Origin: an uncultured bacterium
GTDB taxonomy: Bacteria > SAR324 > NAC60-12
DNA length: 64,000 bases
NCBI GenBank assembly: GCA_965662235.1
Contig: CBFIGY010000016.1
Span: 1 to 64,000, forward strand
Reading direction: 5' to 3'
This document shows positions 45,815 to 56,775 of this stretch, piece after piece. Position 1 is the first letter of the stretch. Each line of letters opens with the position of its first letter. A program made the position numbers and the translations under genes. The notes beneath the pieces are model-generated. The model did not search any database, was not told the origin of the DNA, and was given only the letters and a program-made list of their open reading frames with translations.

Positions 45815-45835
45815 TGCGATTATGAGAAAATCGCA
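45815..45835. promoter_or_regulatory. Perfect 7-7-7 inverted repeat in a divergent promoter region
   Basis: TGCGATT-ATGAGAA-AATCGCA in an AT-rich gap between the hypothetical gene and the ABC-F gene. Confidence 0.35.
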
Positions 45836-45985
45836 TTGTGGTTGGCAAGGATTTTTTTTAATTTTGTAACCACACAGCCACGTACAGGGGTTTTTTAGTC
45901 TGCTTTTCTGCTCCGCAACCCGCCTCCTGCCCAACGACTCGGCTCAAACGCACTCAATGCCACTTCCAATCAGAAAGAATCCCGA

Positions 45986-47914
<1,929 letters not shown>

Positions 47915-47929
47915 ACTCTTTCAATCAAA

Positions 47930-50900
47930 GTGCTTATGACTCGTTTACAAAATCGTCTGACTCAACTGTTTGTGCTGCTTCTGCTAGGGGGTTCGCCTGC
48001 CTGTGTGAACGCCCAAACTGAGCCGACCACCCCTGGGCCCATGGTCGAGGCCTCTTCAGAAGCGGAAAGCTGGGACACGTCCCGGACACAGACCGAACAG
48101 CTCTACAGTGAAGGACGCCTGGAAGAGGCGCTTGCTGCGGCCAAGGAAACCGTTGCTGTGGCGGACCAGGTGTTTGGTCCCGCAGATGCTCGGACGCTGG
48201 AAAGCTTCCTCCTGCAGGCGCAAATCGAAAGCGACCTGGGCCTCTATGAAGAAGCGAACCAAACCTATCAGCAGACCATTGAACTGGCGCAGCAAGGCCC
48301 CGGGGTGGACGACCCGGTGACCCTGCACGCCGTTGACCGTTACGCCGACTTCCTGGCCTGGGTGGGAGACCTGGAGAATGCAGAAGCCCTGCAGCGTCAG
48401 GTTCTGGAACTTTCCTCTCAAGCCTTGGGTGCCGAAGCTCCCCAGACGCTGCTCCGGAAGCGCGCCTTGGCCCTGAACCTGATGGACCAGGGACGCTTTC
48501 AGGAGGCTGATGTGCTGCTGACGGAAGCGTCCACGCAGCTGGAGCAGGTCCTGGGCGCCGAAGATCCAGACGTTCTGGAAACCCAAGCCCACCACGTCCG
48601 CTTGTTTCTGCAGACGGGTCAGCTGGAAAAAGCTCGCAGCGAGGTGGAGCCTCTTTTGGAAAAGCAGCGGTTCCGGTATGGCGATGCTGCAATTCCGACC
48701 CTAGAATCCTTGGAAAACCTGGCCGAGATCCTGCGCCAGCAGGGGCAGTATGACGACGCTGAGCCACGCTTCCAGGAAATGATCAATCTGGCGCAGACGG
48801 AGTTGGGTCCGGAAGACCCGTTGACGATTCAGGGCAAGAGTCACCTGGCTCAGCTCTACGAAGACACCGGACGCTTGGACGAAGCCCTGTTGCTCCACCA
48901 GCAGGTGTATGATGTCGAAGTCGCTCTGCTGGGCGCCGACCATCCGAATGTGGCGACGGATCTCAACAACATCGCCAGCGTCCAGCGTCGACTGGGCAAC
49001 CTGGCAGAGGCGGAGCAGAACTTCCGGAGGGCCCTGCAGGTCATGCAGGATGTCTTGGGAACCGACTCCCCTCAGGCGATTTCTGTGGCCAACAACCTGG
49101 GGCTCCTGCTCGAAAATCAGGGCATCTACGACGAAGCGGAGCCACTTTATCAAAAGGCTCACGCCAGCGCAGAGGTTGTGCTGGGCAACGACCATCCCAC
49201 CACCCTGGCTCTGGCCAACAACCTGGCCATGCTCTATGAGTCTCAGGGAGACTTTGAGCGGGCGGAACTGGCGTACAAGCAGGTCAATGACCAGAACGCG
49301 CAGATCCTGGGTCCGGAGCACCCGAGTACTCTGGCCGGGCTCAACAACCTGGGTTACCTCTACCTGAGGATGGAACGTCCAGAGGAGGCCCTGCCCCTGT
49401 TTCAGCAGGCCTACCGCCTCTGGGCCGCTTCTCTCGGGGAGACGCATCAAAACACTCTCAAGGCCCTCAACAACCTGGGACGGGTGCAGATGCAGCTGGA
49501 GGACTTTGAGACGGCTGAAATGAACCTCCAGGCGGCCCTGGACGGTCGGCGAGAGATCTTTGGGGAACGACACCCTGACACCCTCCGGAGCATGAACGAC
49601 ATGGGGGTGCTGCTGGGGAAGCTTGAACGGACCGATGAGGGCGTGGAGCTGCTGCAGCGAACCCTGGACCTAGAAAAAGAAGTGCTGGGTGAGGCTCACC
49701 CCTACACCTTTGAAACCCGCAACGCGCTCGCAGACCTCCTGGAGCAGTTGGGGCAACTGAACGATGCCTTTGAGATCCGTCGGGAAGGCTTTGCCGAGCG
49801 CAACACCTTCTTCGATCGGGTCCTCTGGGTGGCCGGTGACAACACCCGCAAGGGCTACATCAGCCTTCACAAGCCTGAGCAGGATGCCTACATCCGGAAC
49901 CTGCTGCAGCTGGAAGACACCGAGCTGGCAGCCAAGGAACTTCTGAACGTCAGCCTGCAACGCAAGGGGCTGCTGCTGAAGATCACCAGCGAAACGCAGC
50001 AGATCACCAAAATGGCCAACGATCCGAAGCTGGCGGAAACGGCTGGGAAGCTCCTGACCGCCCGGAAGGAACTGGCCTCGCTCACCCTCGCAGGGCCCAC
50101 GCCGGAAAACAAGGACATCTTCCGGCAGCTGGTTCACAACTTGGAAGAGCAGGTCAACGACCTGCAGCTGCAGATCGGCGAACAGAGCCTCCTCTTCCGG
50201 GAGTCCCGGCAATCGGTTTCTGCCGATCAGGTCCTTGAGTCACTTGGCGAGGTGGCGCTGGTGGACTTCCTCACTTACCGAGATGATCTGGGCGAGCCTT
50301 CCTTGGTGGCCATTGTCGCGTCAGAGGGCGGCCTGGAGTACTACGATTATGGCACCTCCGACTACCTCACCGACATGATCATGGAGTACCGGGAAATCAT
50401 CCAGGACTTCGGCATGGCAGATGAAGATGTCCGGCTAATGGGCTACGACGTGTGGGACGCCCTTTGGGCACCCCTGACGGATGCGTTGGGCGCGAGTGAG
50501 GCGCTCTACCTCATTCCAGATGGCTCCCTGAACGTTCTGCCGTTTGACGCCCTGGTGGATGATAACGAGGAGTACCTCATTGAGTCGCTGGACCTCCGGC
50601 TGATCAGCTCAGCCCGGGACCTGGTTTTGGAGCCGCTGGAGCCGGTCCGAGGCGAAGTGGTCATTGTTGCGGGTCCGGACTATGATACCGACCAGATCCT
50701 GCAGTCTCCGCAGGCACGGGCGGTTTCAGGCAAACGCTCCGGAAGCGTCGCTCAAGGAGTCCGCATGGGGTCGGGACTCCGGGGCCTGAGCTTTGACCCA
50801 CTTCCTGGTGCCGAAAAAGAGGGCGCCATCATCGAGTCGGTTTCTCAGGAAAAAGCGCGAGAGGCCCTGATCTTCTCGAAACAGGAAGGGGAGGAGCAAC

Positions 50901-51469
50901 AGCTCCGAGCGCTGCCTGCGACTCCGGAGGTGCTTCACATTGCCACCCACGGCTTCTTCCTGAAAGAAGAGGAGCGGCTGGCACAACGGATTGCCGGGCT
51001 CAATCGTGGCGGCGCAAACCGGGTGCCGCCCCCGGGAGACAACCCTCTCCTTCGGGCAGGGTTGGCCTTTGCTGGCCTGAACGCGAATGCGCCCTTGCTC
51101 GGTGAGATTGACACGGACAACGATGGCGTTCTGACCGCCATGGAGGTCCTTTCCCTAGACCTAGTTGGCACCCAGCTGGTGGTGCTGTCTGCCTGTGAAA
51201 CCGGGCTGGGCGAGATCCACGATGGGGAAGGCGTCTATGGCCTGCGTCGCTCCTTCCAGGAAGCTGGAGTCCGTTCGGTCGTGAACTCCTTCTGGGAGGT
51301 CAGTGACGATGGCACCCAGCACCTGATGACGGAGTTTTACAACCGTTACCTCGAAGGGATGTCGCCACGAGATGCCCTCCGGGAGGCTCGCTTGGAGATG
51401 GTGAATGATCCACGCTGGAGTTCACCGTTCTACTGGTCGGCCTTTGCGCTGGTTGGACGCAACAGCTAA
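47930..51469 (+). CDS. TPR-repeat plus CHAT (caspase-like) domain protein, probably exported
   Basis: Signal peptide; many LGxDHPxTLxxxNNL repeats; LIPDGSLNVLPF, HIATHG, LSACETG, PFYWSAF. Confidence 0.93.
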   Translation: MLMTRLQNRLTQLFVLLLLGGSPACVNAQTEPTTPGPMVEASSEAESWDTSRTQTEQLYSEGRLEEALAAAKETVAVADQVFGPADARTLESFLLQAQIESDLGLYEEANQTYQQTIELAQQGPGVDDPVTLHAVDRYADFLAWVGDLENAEALQRQVLELSSQALGAEAPQTLLRKRALALNLMDQGRFQEADVLLTEASTQLEQVLGAEDPDVLETQAHHVRLFLQTGQLEKARSEVEPLLEKQRFRYGDAAIPTLESLENLAEILRQQGQYDDAEPRFQEMINLAQTELGPEDPLTIQGKSHLAQLYEDTGRLDEALLLHQQVYDVEVALLGADHPNVATDLNNIASVQRRLGNLAEAEQNFRRALQVMQDVLGTDSPQAISVANNLGLLLENQGIYDEAEPLYQKAHASAEVVLGNDHPTTLALANNLAMLYESQGDFERAELAYKQVNDQNAQILGPEHPSTLAGLNNLGYLYLRMERPEEALPLFQQAYRLWAASLGETHQNTLKALNNLGRVQMQLEDFETAEMNLQAALDGRREIFGERHPDTLRSMNDMGVLLGKLERTDEGVELLQRTLDLEKEVLGEAHPYTFETRNALADLLEQLGQLNDAFEIRREGFAERNTFFDRVLWVAGDNTRKGYISLHKPEQDAYIRNLLQLEDTELAAKELLNVSLQRKGLLLKITSETQQITKMANDPKLAETAGKLLTARKELASLTLAGPTPENKDIFRQLVHNLEEQVNDLQLQIGEQSLLFRESRQSVSADQVLESLGEVALVDFLTYRDDLGEPSLVAIVASEGGLEYYDYGTSDYLTDMIMEYREIIQDFGMADEDVRLMGYDVWDALWAPLTDALGASEALYLIPDGSLNVLPFDALVDDNEEYLIESLDLRLISSARDLVLEPLEPVRGEVVIVAGPDYDTDQILQSPQARAVSGKRSGSVAQGVRMGSGLRGLSFDPLPGAEKEGAIIESVSQEKAREALIFSKQEGEEQQLRALPATPEVLHIATHGFFLKEEERLAQRIAGLNRGGANRVPPPGDNPLLRAGLAFAGLNANAPLLGEIDTDNDGVLTAMEVLSLDLVGTQLVVLSACETGLGEIHDGEGVYGLRRSFQEAGVRSVVNSFWEVSDDGTQHLMTEFYNRYLEGMSPRDALREARLEMVNDPRWSSPFYWSAFALVGRNS

Positions 51470-51502
51470 GGACACCGTCTGAGAACTGCACTTCTGGGGC
51501 GC

Positions 51503-52360
51503 TTGCTCCAGCCCATGTGGAGCCTGCACCTCGCCATTTTGGGGTTTGGACTGACCGGACTCTTTGGAAAGTGGCTGCCCTACTCCCCGGTGATGATTAC
51601 CGCCGGGCGTGCCGGGTTTGGCGCCCTCACGCTGCTGGGAATCCTCTTGTGGCGTCGGGAGCGGCTTTGGGTCCCCTGGCGAGATGCTGCCTGGCTGGCC
51701 CTGACAGGGGCGGTTTTGGCCGGACACTGGATCACGTTTTTTCACAGCATCCAGGTGTCGTCCGTGGCCATTGGGCTCATGGCCTTCTCCAGCTCCCCGG
51801 TCTTTACCGTGCTGGTGGAGCCCTGGGTCTTCCGGGAACGGCTGCGTCCCGTGGTGCTGGCGGCAGTAGGGGTCGTGGTGCTGGGGCTGGTGCTCATTGC
51901 CACCTCGGGAGAGTCACTGAGCTGGGAGTCTCAAACCCTGAAAGGCGTCGCCTGGGGACTGGTCGCGGGCATGCTTCATGGGTTCCTGGGCATCCTCAAT
52001 CGGCTGCACGTTCGCTCGCACTCGGCGCTGCGGGTGGGCTTCATTCAAGACGGAGTGGCGGCGCTGCTGCTGCTGCCCTTTGCCGTTCACACCTTCGCCG
52101 TCCTGACGGCAACGGACTGGTTGCTGGTCCTGCTGCTGGGCACGGTTCTGACCGCGGGCGCCCACGGGTTGCTCATTCATGTCCTGAAGTTCATCCAGGC
52201 TCAGGTCGCCAACCTCATGGTCGCGGGCCTAGAGCCCGTTTATGGCATTTTACTGGCCTTGGTGCTGCTGGGCGAGGTCCCGGTGCCTCAGGCACTGCTG
52301 GGAGGCGGACTGATCATTGCCTCCACGCTGTACATCACCCTTCATCCCTCCGGGGATTAA
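51503..52360 (+). CDS. EamA/DMT family transporter
   Basis: About 10 TM helices; HWITFFHSIQVSSV, LEPVYGILLA. Confidence 0.88.
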   Translation: MLQPMWSLHLAILGFGLTGLFGKWLPYSPVMITAGRAGFGALTLLGILLWRRERLWVPWRDAAWLALTGAVLAGHWITFFHSIQVSSVAIGLMAFSSSPVFTVLVEPWVFRERLRPVVLAAVGVVVLGLVLIATSGESLSWESQTLKGVAWGLVAGMLHGFLGILNRLHVRSHSALRVGFIQDGVAALLLLPFAVHTFAVLTATDWLLVLLLGTVLTAGAHGLLIHVLKFIQAQVANLMVAGLEPVYGILLALVLLGEVPVPQALLGGGLIIASTLYITLHPSGD

Positions 52361-52381
52361 TCTTCCTTGTTCATCACGCTC

Positions 52382-54559
52382 ATGCCTGCAGATCCCAACC
52401 CGCCTCGCGAGGACGCGGAGCCCAAACTCGAGCCCCTCGAAGACAGCCGTCCCCGTCGCATCCGCAAGCGAGAGGAGGCCCGCTCCACTCCGGAACGCAA
52501 ACGCCCTCGCTCGCACCCGGAAAACGTCTGGCCCCGGAAGGCTGATGAACGCCGGAACCGTCAGGACCACGAGCGCTTCAGTGAACTGGCTTCCAGCGAC
52601 CAGCTCTATGACCGGAGCAAGCCCCGGAGCTATCAGGACCGCTGGCAGGACCGCGATCGGCAGCAAGACCGCCTCCATGAGCGCCGCTCCTCAGGAGGGC
52701 GCCGGGATCGAGACGCCGGGCCAGGCCGGGACCGTCGCTTTGACCGCGACCGTCCTCCGCGTGATCGAGAAGGCGCTCCGCGACGAGGGAACCGCGCCGA
52801 AGGTGAGAACCGCTCGGATGCGCGCCCGCGTCGTGAATTCCGGGACACCTCGCGTCCCCGTCCTCCCCGTGAAGACCGGTCTCGCTATGAGGACCGCCCT
52901 CGTCGAGAGGACCGCCCTCGTTTCGAAGACCGCCCTCGTCGAGAGGATCGCCCCCGCTATGAGGACCGCTCCCGTCGAGAGGATCGCCCCCGCTATGAAG
53001 ACCGCCCTCGTCGAGAAGACCGTTCCCGTCGAGACGACCGCCCTCGTCGAGAGGATCGCCCCCGCTATGAGGACCGCTCCCGTCGAGAGGATCGCCCCCG
53101 CTATGAGGACCGTTCTCGTCGAGAGGATCGTCCGCGTCGAGAGGATCGCCCTCGTCGAGAGGATCGCCCCCGCTATGAAGACCGCCCTCGTCGAGAGGAT
53201 CGCCCTCGCTATGAAGACCGCCCTCGTCGAGAAGACCGTCCGGAATCCCGAGAACGTTCGCGTCCTCCGCAGGCTGGCCCTCGATTTGAGCGGGTGGACC
53301 TTCCGGAAGAGCGACTTCGTCCGGGACCTCCGACCGCTTTGGAGAACAAGGGAAAGCGTCGGGCGGCGACTCAGAAGTCGATCAAGGAGCGCCTCCGGGG
53401 ACCGAATGCGGAAGGGTTGCTGGAGGCCCTGAAGGTTCCTCCTCGTGGCAACTCGCTGCGTCAGTGGACCCATGGGTTTCACACCTACCCGGGACGGTTT
53501 CATCCGCACCTGCCCAGAACCTTGCTGCAGGAGCTGTCTCCGGAAACGCACCCGGTGGTGCTGGATCCCTTCATGGGCGGAGGCACGGTCTTGGTGGAAG
53601 CGTTGCTGCGGGGACACGAGGCGGTGGGAAACGACCTGAACCCGATTGCCCTGATGGTGGCACGTGAGCGAACCCGCTGGATGTCGCGACGCAACTCGGA
53701 ACGCGTCTGGGGCGCGTTGGAGGAAACCCGGGATCGCGTTGAAGACCGGATGGAGGAAAAACGCCCGCTTCGTCGGCCCTACACGGATCTGCTCAAGCCG
53801 CATCACCCGCCGCACTTGTTTGTGGAACTGCTGCACTGGATTGAAGCGATTGACGCCCTTCCGGAGTCTTCTGAACGTGAGACGCTGCGGGCGGTGTTCT
53901 CGAGCCTGGTGATCAAGTTCTCCACCCGCAAGGCCGACACCTCGTTGGAGACCAAAGACGCCGCCTATCCCAAAGGCTCTGTGGGACGCTGGATGATGGC
54001 CAAGACCCAGGAGCTGCTGGGATTCCAGATGGCGTTGGGGGAGGCGTTGCGTGAGAAGAAGCGTCCGCAGCTGTTCAATGAGAACGTCCGGGAGCTCCCA
54101 TCGCTGCCGAACAATTCGGTGGATGTGATCATCACCAGTCCGCCTTATCCGGGAACCTATGACTACTTCTTGCATCACGAACTCCGGATGCTCTGGCTGG
54201 GTCTGACCACGGGGCCGATGAAGCAAGGAGAGCTTGGTGCCAAGCGCAACTTTACTCCCAAGCAGTGGAAGCAGGTGTTCCGGGAATTCATGACCGTGTT
54301 GCACCACCGGACGGTGCCAAATGGCCGCTGCTACCTGGTGCTGGGAGACTGGCTGGACCGTTCGGAACGGATCAGCGGCATGGAGTTCCTCCGTCAGTAT
54401 GGTCCGAGTACCGGATGGGAGGTGGAAAGTGGCGCCTCGGTGAAGCGAGAGCTGTTTGAGGAGGAACTGATTGAGGCGTTTGGCGAAGCTGGACGCTGGG
54501 AGCACCTCATCTTGTTGAGAAACCGCAAGAGCACTCCGGAGCCTGATCCGGCTTCCTGA
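52382..54559 (+). CDS. SAM-dependent amino-methyltransferase (N4-cytosine DNA MTase-like) with long charged repeat N-terminus
   Basis: THGFHTYPGRF, LDPFMGGGT (motif I) and ITSPPY (motif IV) in alpha-class order; over 300 aa of R/D/E-rich N-terminal extension. Confidence 0.8.
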   Translation: MPADPNPPREDAEPKLEPLEDSRPRRIRKREEARSTPERKRPRSHPENVWPRKADERRNRQDHERFSELASSDQLYDRSKPRSYQDRWQDRDRQQDRLHERRSSGGRRDRDAGPGRDRRFDRDRPPRDREGAPRRGNRAEGENRSDARPRREFRDTSRPRPPREDRSRYEDRPRREDRPRFEDRPRREDRPRYEDRSRREDRPRYEDRPRREDRSRRDDRPRREDRPRYEDRSRREDRPRYEDRSRREDRPRREDRPRREDRPRYEDRPRREDRPRYEDRPRREDRPESRERSRPPQAGPRFERVDLPEERLRPGPPTALENKGKRRAATQKSIKERLRGPNAEGLLEALKVPPRGNSLRQWTHGFHTYPGRFHPHLPRTLLQELSPETHPVVLDPFMGGGTVLVEALLRGHEAVGNDLNPIALMVARERTRWMSRRNSERVWGALEETRDRVEDRMEEKRPLRRPYTDLLKPHHPPHLFVELLHWIEAIDALPESSERETLRAVFSSLVIKFSTRKADTSLETKDAAYPKGSVGRWMMAKTQELLGFQMALGEALREKKRPQLFNENVRELPSLPNNSVDVIITSPPYPGTYDYFLHHELRMLWLGLTTGPMKQGELGAKRNFTPKQWKQVFREFMTVLHHRTVPNGRCYLVLGDWLDRSERISGMEFLRQYGPSTGWEVESGASVKRELFEEELIEAFGEAGRWEHLILLRNRKSTPEPDPAS
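52865..53242 (+). repeat. 21 tandem 18-bp coding repeats, R(R/Y/F)EDR(P/S)
   Basis: Units such as CGTCGAGAGGATCGCCCC and CGCTATGAGGACCGCTCC, counted from the translation. Confidence 0.92.
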
Positions 54560-54628
54560 ATCCCCTGTTTTCTTCTGCTGTAGGCTCCTTGGAGGAAGGA
54601 GCCTGAACCCTCTGCCCAAAGGTAGTTT

Positions 54629-55900
54629 ATGAACCGAGGTTCCCTGAAAAAAGAATCCCGCGTCTGGTTTGACCGCGCCCTGATTGGCATGATCCTCGCG
54701 GATGGTCAGGTGGTGGAGCCGGAAAAGAGGCTGTTGGACCAGATGATCCGTCAGGATGATCCGGAACGTGAACTGAGCGAATGGGAGTACCTCCGGCGCT
54801 GTCTTGACTCGCGGAAGATTCCTGAGCTGCCGAAACTGGTGCTTGATGAAGAGACGGCGTGGGACCTGCTGCGGATGCTGGCCCTGGTGGCCGTGAGTGA
54901 CTTCGACCTCGACATGCGTGAGGAGATGTACCTCTTTCAACTCGGCGAGAAGCTTGGGTTTTCTCAGGCGATGACCCGCTACACCCTGCAGTGGGCGTTG
55001 AGCATGACCGGGCTCCGGCACCCCTCTGCTCAACAGGGGGAGACGCGACCGCATGACGGAGGCGAGTCTCCACAACTGATTGCGGTGCTGTGGCGCATGG
55101 CCCCCGCGTTACGGGTTTCGGACCTACTGAAGCAGGCGGCGCGCTTTCTGAAAGCAGCCAAGGCCTACTCGCCGGACCTGGTGGTGTTTCCGGACTTCTT
55201 CAGTGACGCCTTCCTCCGGCGCCTGAACACCCTTTCAGACGAAGAACGGCAGGTGCTGCTCGGTCGTAGCCTGACGCAGGTTCGGGAGCACCTGACGACC
55301 TGGGCGGAGCAGGAAAACCTCAACATCTATGCAGGGAACCTACAGGTCCGGGAGTGGAAGAGTTACTTTGACCTGATGGTGCTGTGCCGCCGAGATGGCT
55401 CCTGGGAGGAGCGGGTGCACACCTGCATTGCGGCTCGTGACGGACTCATCTGGCAGCCAGAGAGCGCCGTCCATGTCCTCCGGACTGACCTAGGACGCAT
55501 TGGGGTGCTTTCGCATCATCCGGAAGGCGCCAGCCCGCAGCAGGTGGTTGTGGACCGCGACCTGGACCTCCTGCTCGTGCCGCACTGGCCCAGCGGTGAC
55601 CAGGAAGACAGCGTTCCTGTGCTGAACCCCAGCAAGCAGTTCTATTCCGTTCTCTCTGGACAGATGCCAGACGAAAAGCACCGCTTTTCCACCGAGCATC
55701 CCGAGGTCGCCCTCTTCACAGAAACCGACGCGGTGTTCCCGCACCTGCAGCCTCCGAGGAATGAACGTGAGGCGGAACTTTGTGCCAACCTGGACCTAGA
55801 CCTCCTGCGTCAGTACCAGCACCACCAGGAGCTTCCTGTGGAGAACGTTTCAGACCAGGTCCACTTTTACCGTGTCAACTGGCTCGCCCGCCGTTCCTGA
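54629..55900 (+). CDS. TerB-like domain fused to a degenerate carbon-nitrogen hydrolase (nitrilase-fold) domain
   Basis: MILADGQV..E and VAVSDFDL..EE (TerB-like); DLVVFPDFF, TDLGRIGVL, DLLLVP, ANLDLDLL (CN-hydrolase-like). Confidence 0.6.
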   Translation: MNRGSLKKESRVWFDRALIGMILADGQVVEPEKRLLDQMIRQDDPERELSEWEYLRRCLDSRKIPELPKLVLDEETAWDLLRMLALVAVSDFDLDMREEMYLFQLGEKLGFSQAMTRYTLQWALSMTGLRHPSAQQGETRPHDGGESPQLIAVLWRMAPALRVSDLLKQAARFLKAAKAYSPDLVVFPDFFSDAFLRRLNTLSDEERQVLLGRSLTQVREHLTTWAEQENLNIYAGNLQVREWKSYFDLMVLCRRDGSWEERVHTCIAARDGLIWQPESAVHVLRTDLGRIGVLSHHPEGASPQQVVVDRDLDLLLVPHWPSGDQEDSVPVLNPSKQFYSVLSGQMPDEKHRFSTEHPEVALFTETDAVFPHLQPPRNEREAELCANLDLDLLRQYQHHQELPVENVSDQVHFYRVNWLARRS

Positions 55901-55985
55901 GCCCGGGCGCCTTGCTTGACTTTCCAGACGGTTGTCGCAGAATGACTCTCTTTTGTGTCCTGAAATTGTTTACGGATCTGCACCC

Positions 55986-56750
55986 ATGACCACCATTCAC
56001 CCGACTGCCATCATTGAGGACGGGGCCCAAATTGGCGAGGGCTCCGAAATTGGCCCCTACTGCCACATTGGCCCCCAAGTGACCCTGGGACCCGGCAACC
56101 GCCTGCACTCGCATGTGGTCCTCAGTGGCCTCACCTCCATTGGTCCCAACAATGAGTTCTACCCCTTCGCCTGCATGGGCGCCGCGCCGCAGGACCTCAA
56201 GTACAAGGGGGAAGACACCCGGACGGAAATTGGCGAGGGCAACGTCTTTCGGGAATGCGTCACGGTGCACCGCGGGACCGTCCAAGGCGGAGGCCTGACG
56301 CGTCTGGGAAGCCACGGGCTCTACATGGGCTATGTCCACGTGGCTCACGACTGCCGGGTCGGGGACCATGTCATCTTGGCCAACTACACAGGCCTCAGTG
56401 GACACGTCGTTCTGGGGAACTACGTGACCCTTGGCGGACAAAACGGCGTCGCCCAGTTTCTGCGGGTCGGGGACTACGTCTACACGGGCGCAGGCTCCTT
56501 GATTGACCGGGACATTCCCCCGTATACCACCGGATGGGGCAACCGCTTTGAGGTCAAGGGCGTGAACATCGTGGGGCTCAAGCGTCGCGGTTTCGACAAC
56601 ACGGCCATCCGGGACATTCTGGAAGCCCACCGCATCTACTTCCGGGCGGACCGCAAGCACGATGAAGCGTTGAAGATCCTAGAGGAAACCTTTGGGGACC
56701 AGCCGGAGATTCGCCGCTTCCTCGACTTTCTGGCGAAAAACGACCACTAG
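55986..56750 (+). CDS. lpxA: UDP-N-acetylglucosamine O-acyltransferase
   Basis: IHPTAII, PQDLKYKGE, VTVHRGT, HVAHDC, NIVGLKRRGF; hexapeptide repeats. Confidence 0.95.
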   Translation: MTTIHPTAIIEDGAQIGEGSEIGPYCHIGPQVTLGPGNRLHSHVVLSGLTSIGPNNEFYPFACMGAAPQDLKYKGEDTRTEIGEGNVFRECVTVHRGTVQGGGLTRLGSHGLYMGYVHVAHDCRVGDHVILANYTGLSGHVVLGNYVTLGGQNGVAQFLRVGDYVYTGAGSLIDRDIPPYTTGWGNRFEVKGVNIVGLKRRGFDNTAIRDILEAHRIYFRADRKHDEALKILEETFGDQPEIRRFLDFLAKNDH

Positions 56751-56775
56751 CTGAACTGCGGCGGAGGAGACACGC

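Noticed and set aside
47930..51469. CHAT protease as part of a Craspase or gasdermin defence system
   Set aside because: No Cas7-11, gasdermin or other effector gene is nearby, and the protein has a signal peptide.
52865..53242. Possible CRISPR array
   Set aside because: These are contiguous in-frame coding repeats without unique spacers; no cas genes are in the window.
52317..55075. Long alternative-frame ORFs (371 aa on +, 794 aa on -) over the repeat
   Set aside because: The 18-bp repeat and GC codon bias keep other frames open; only the MTase frame has motifs.
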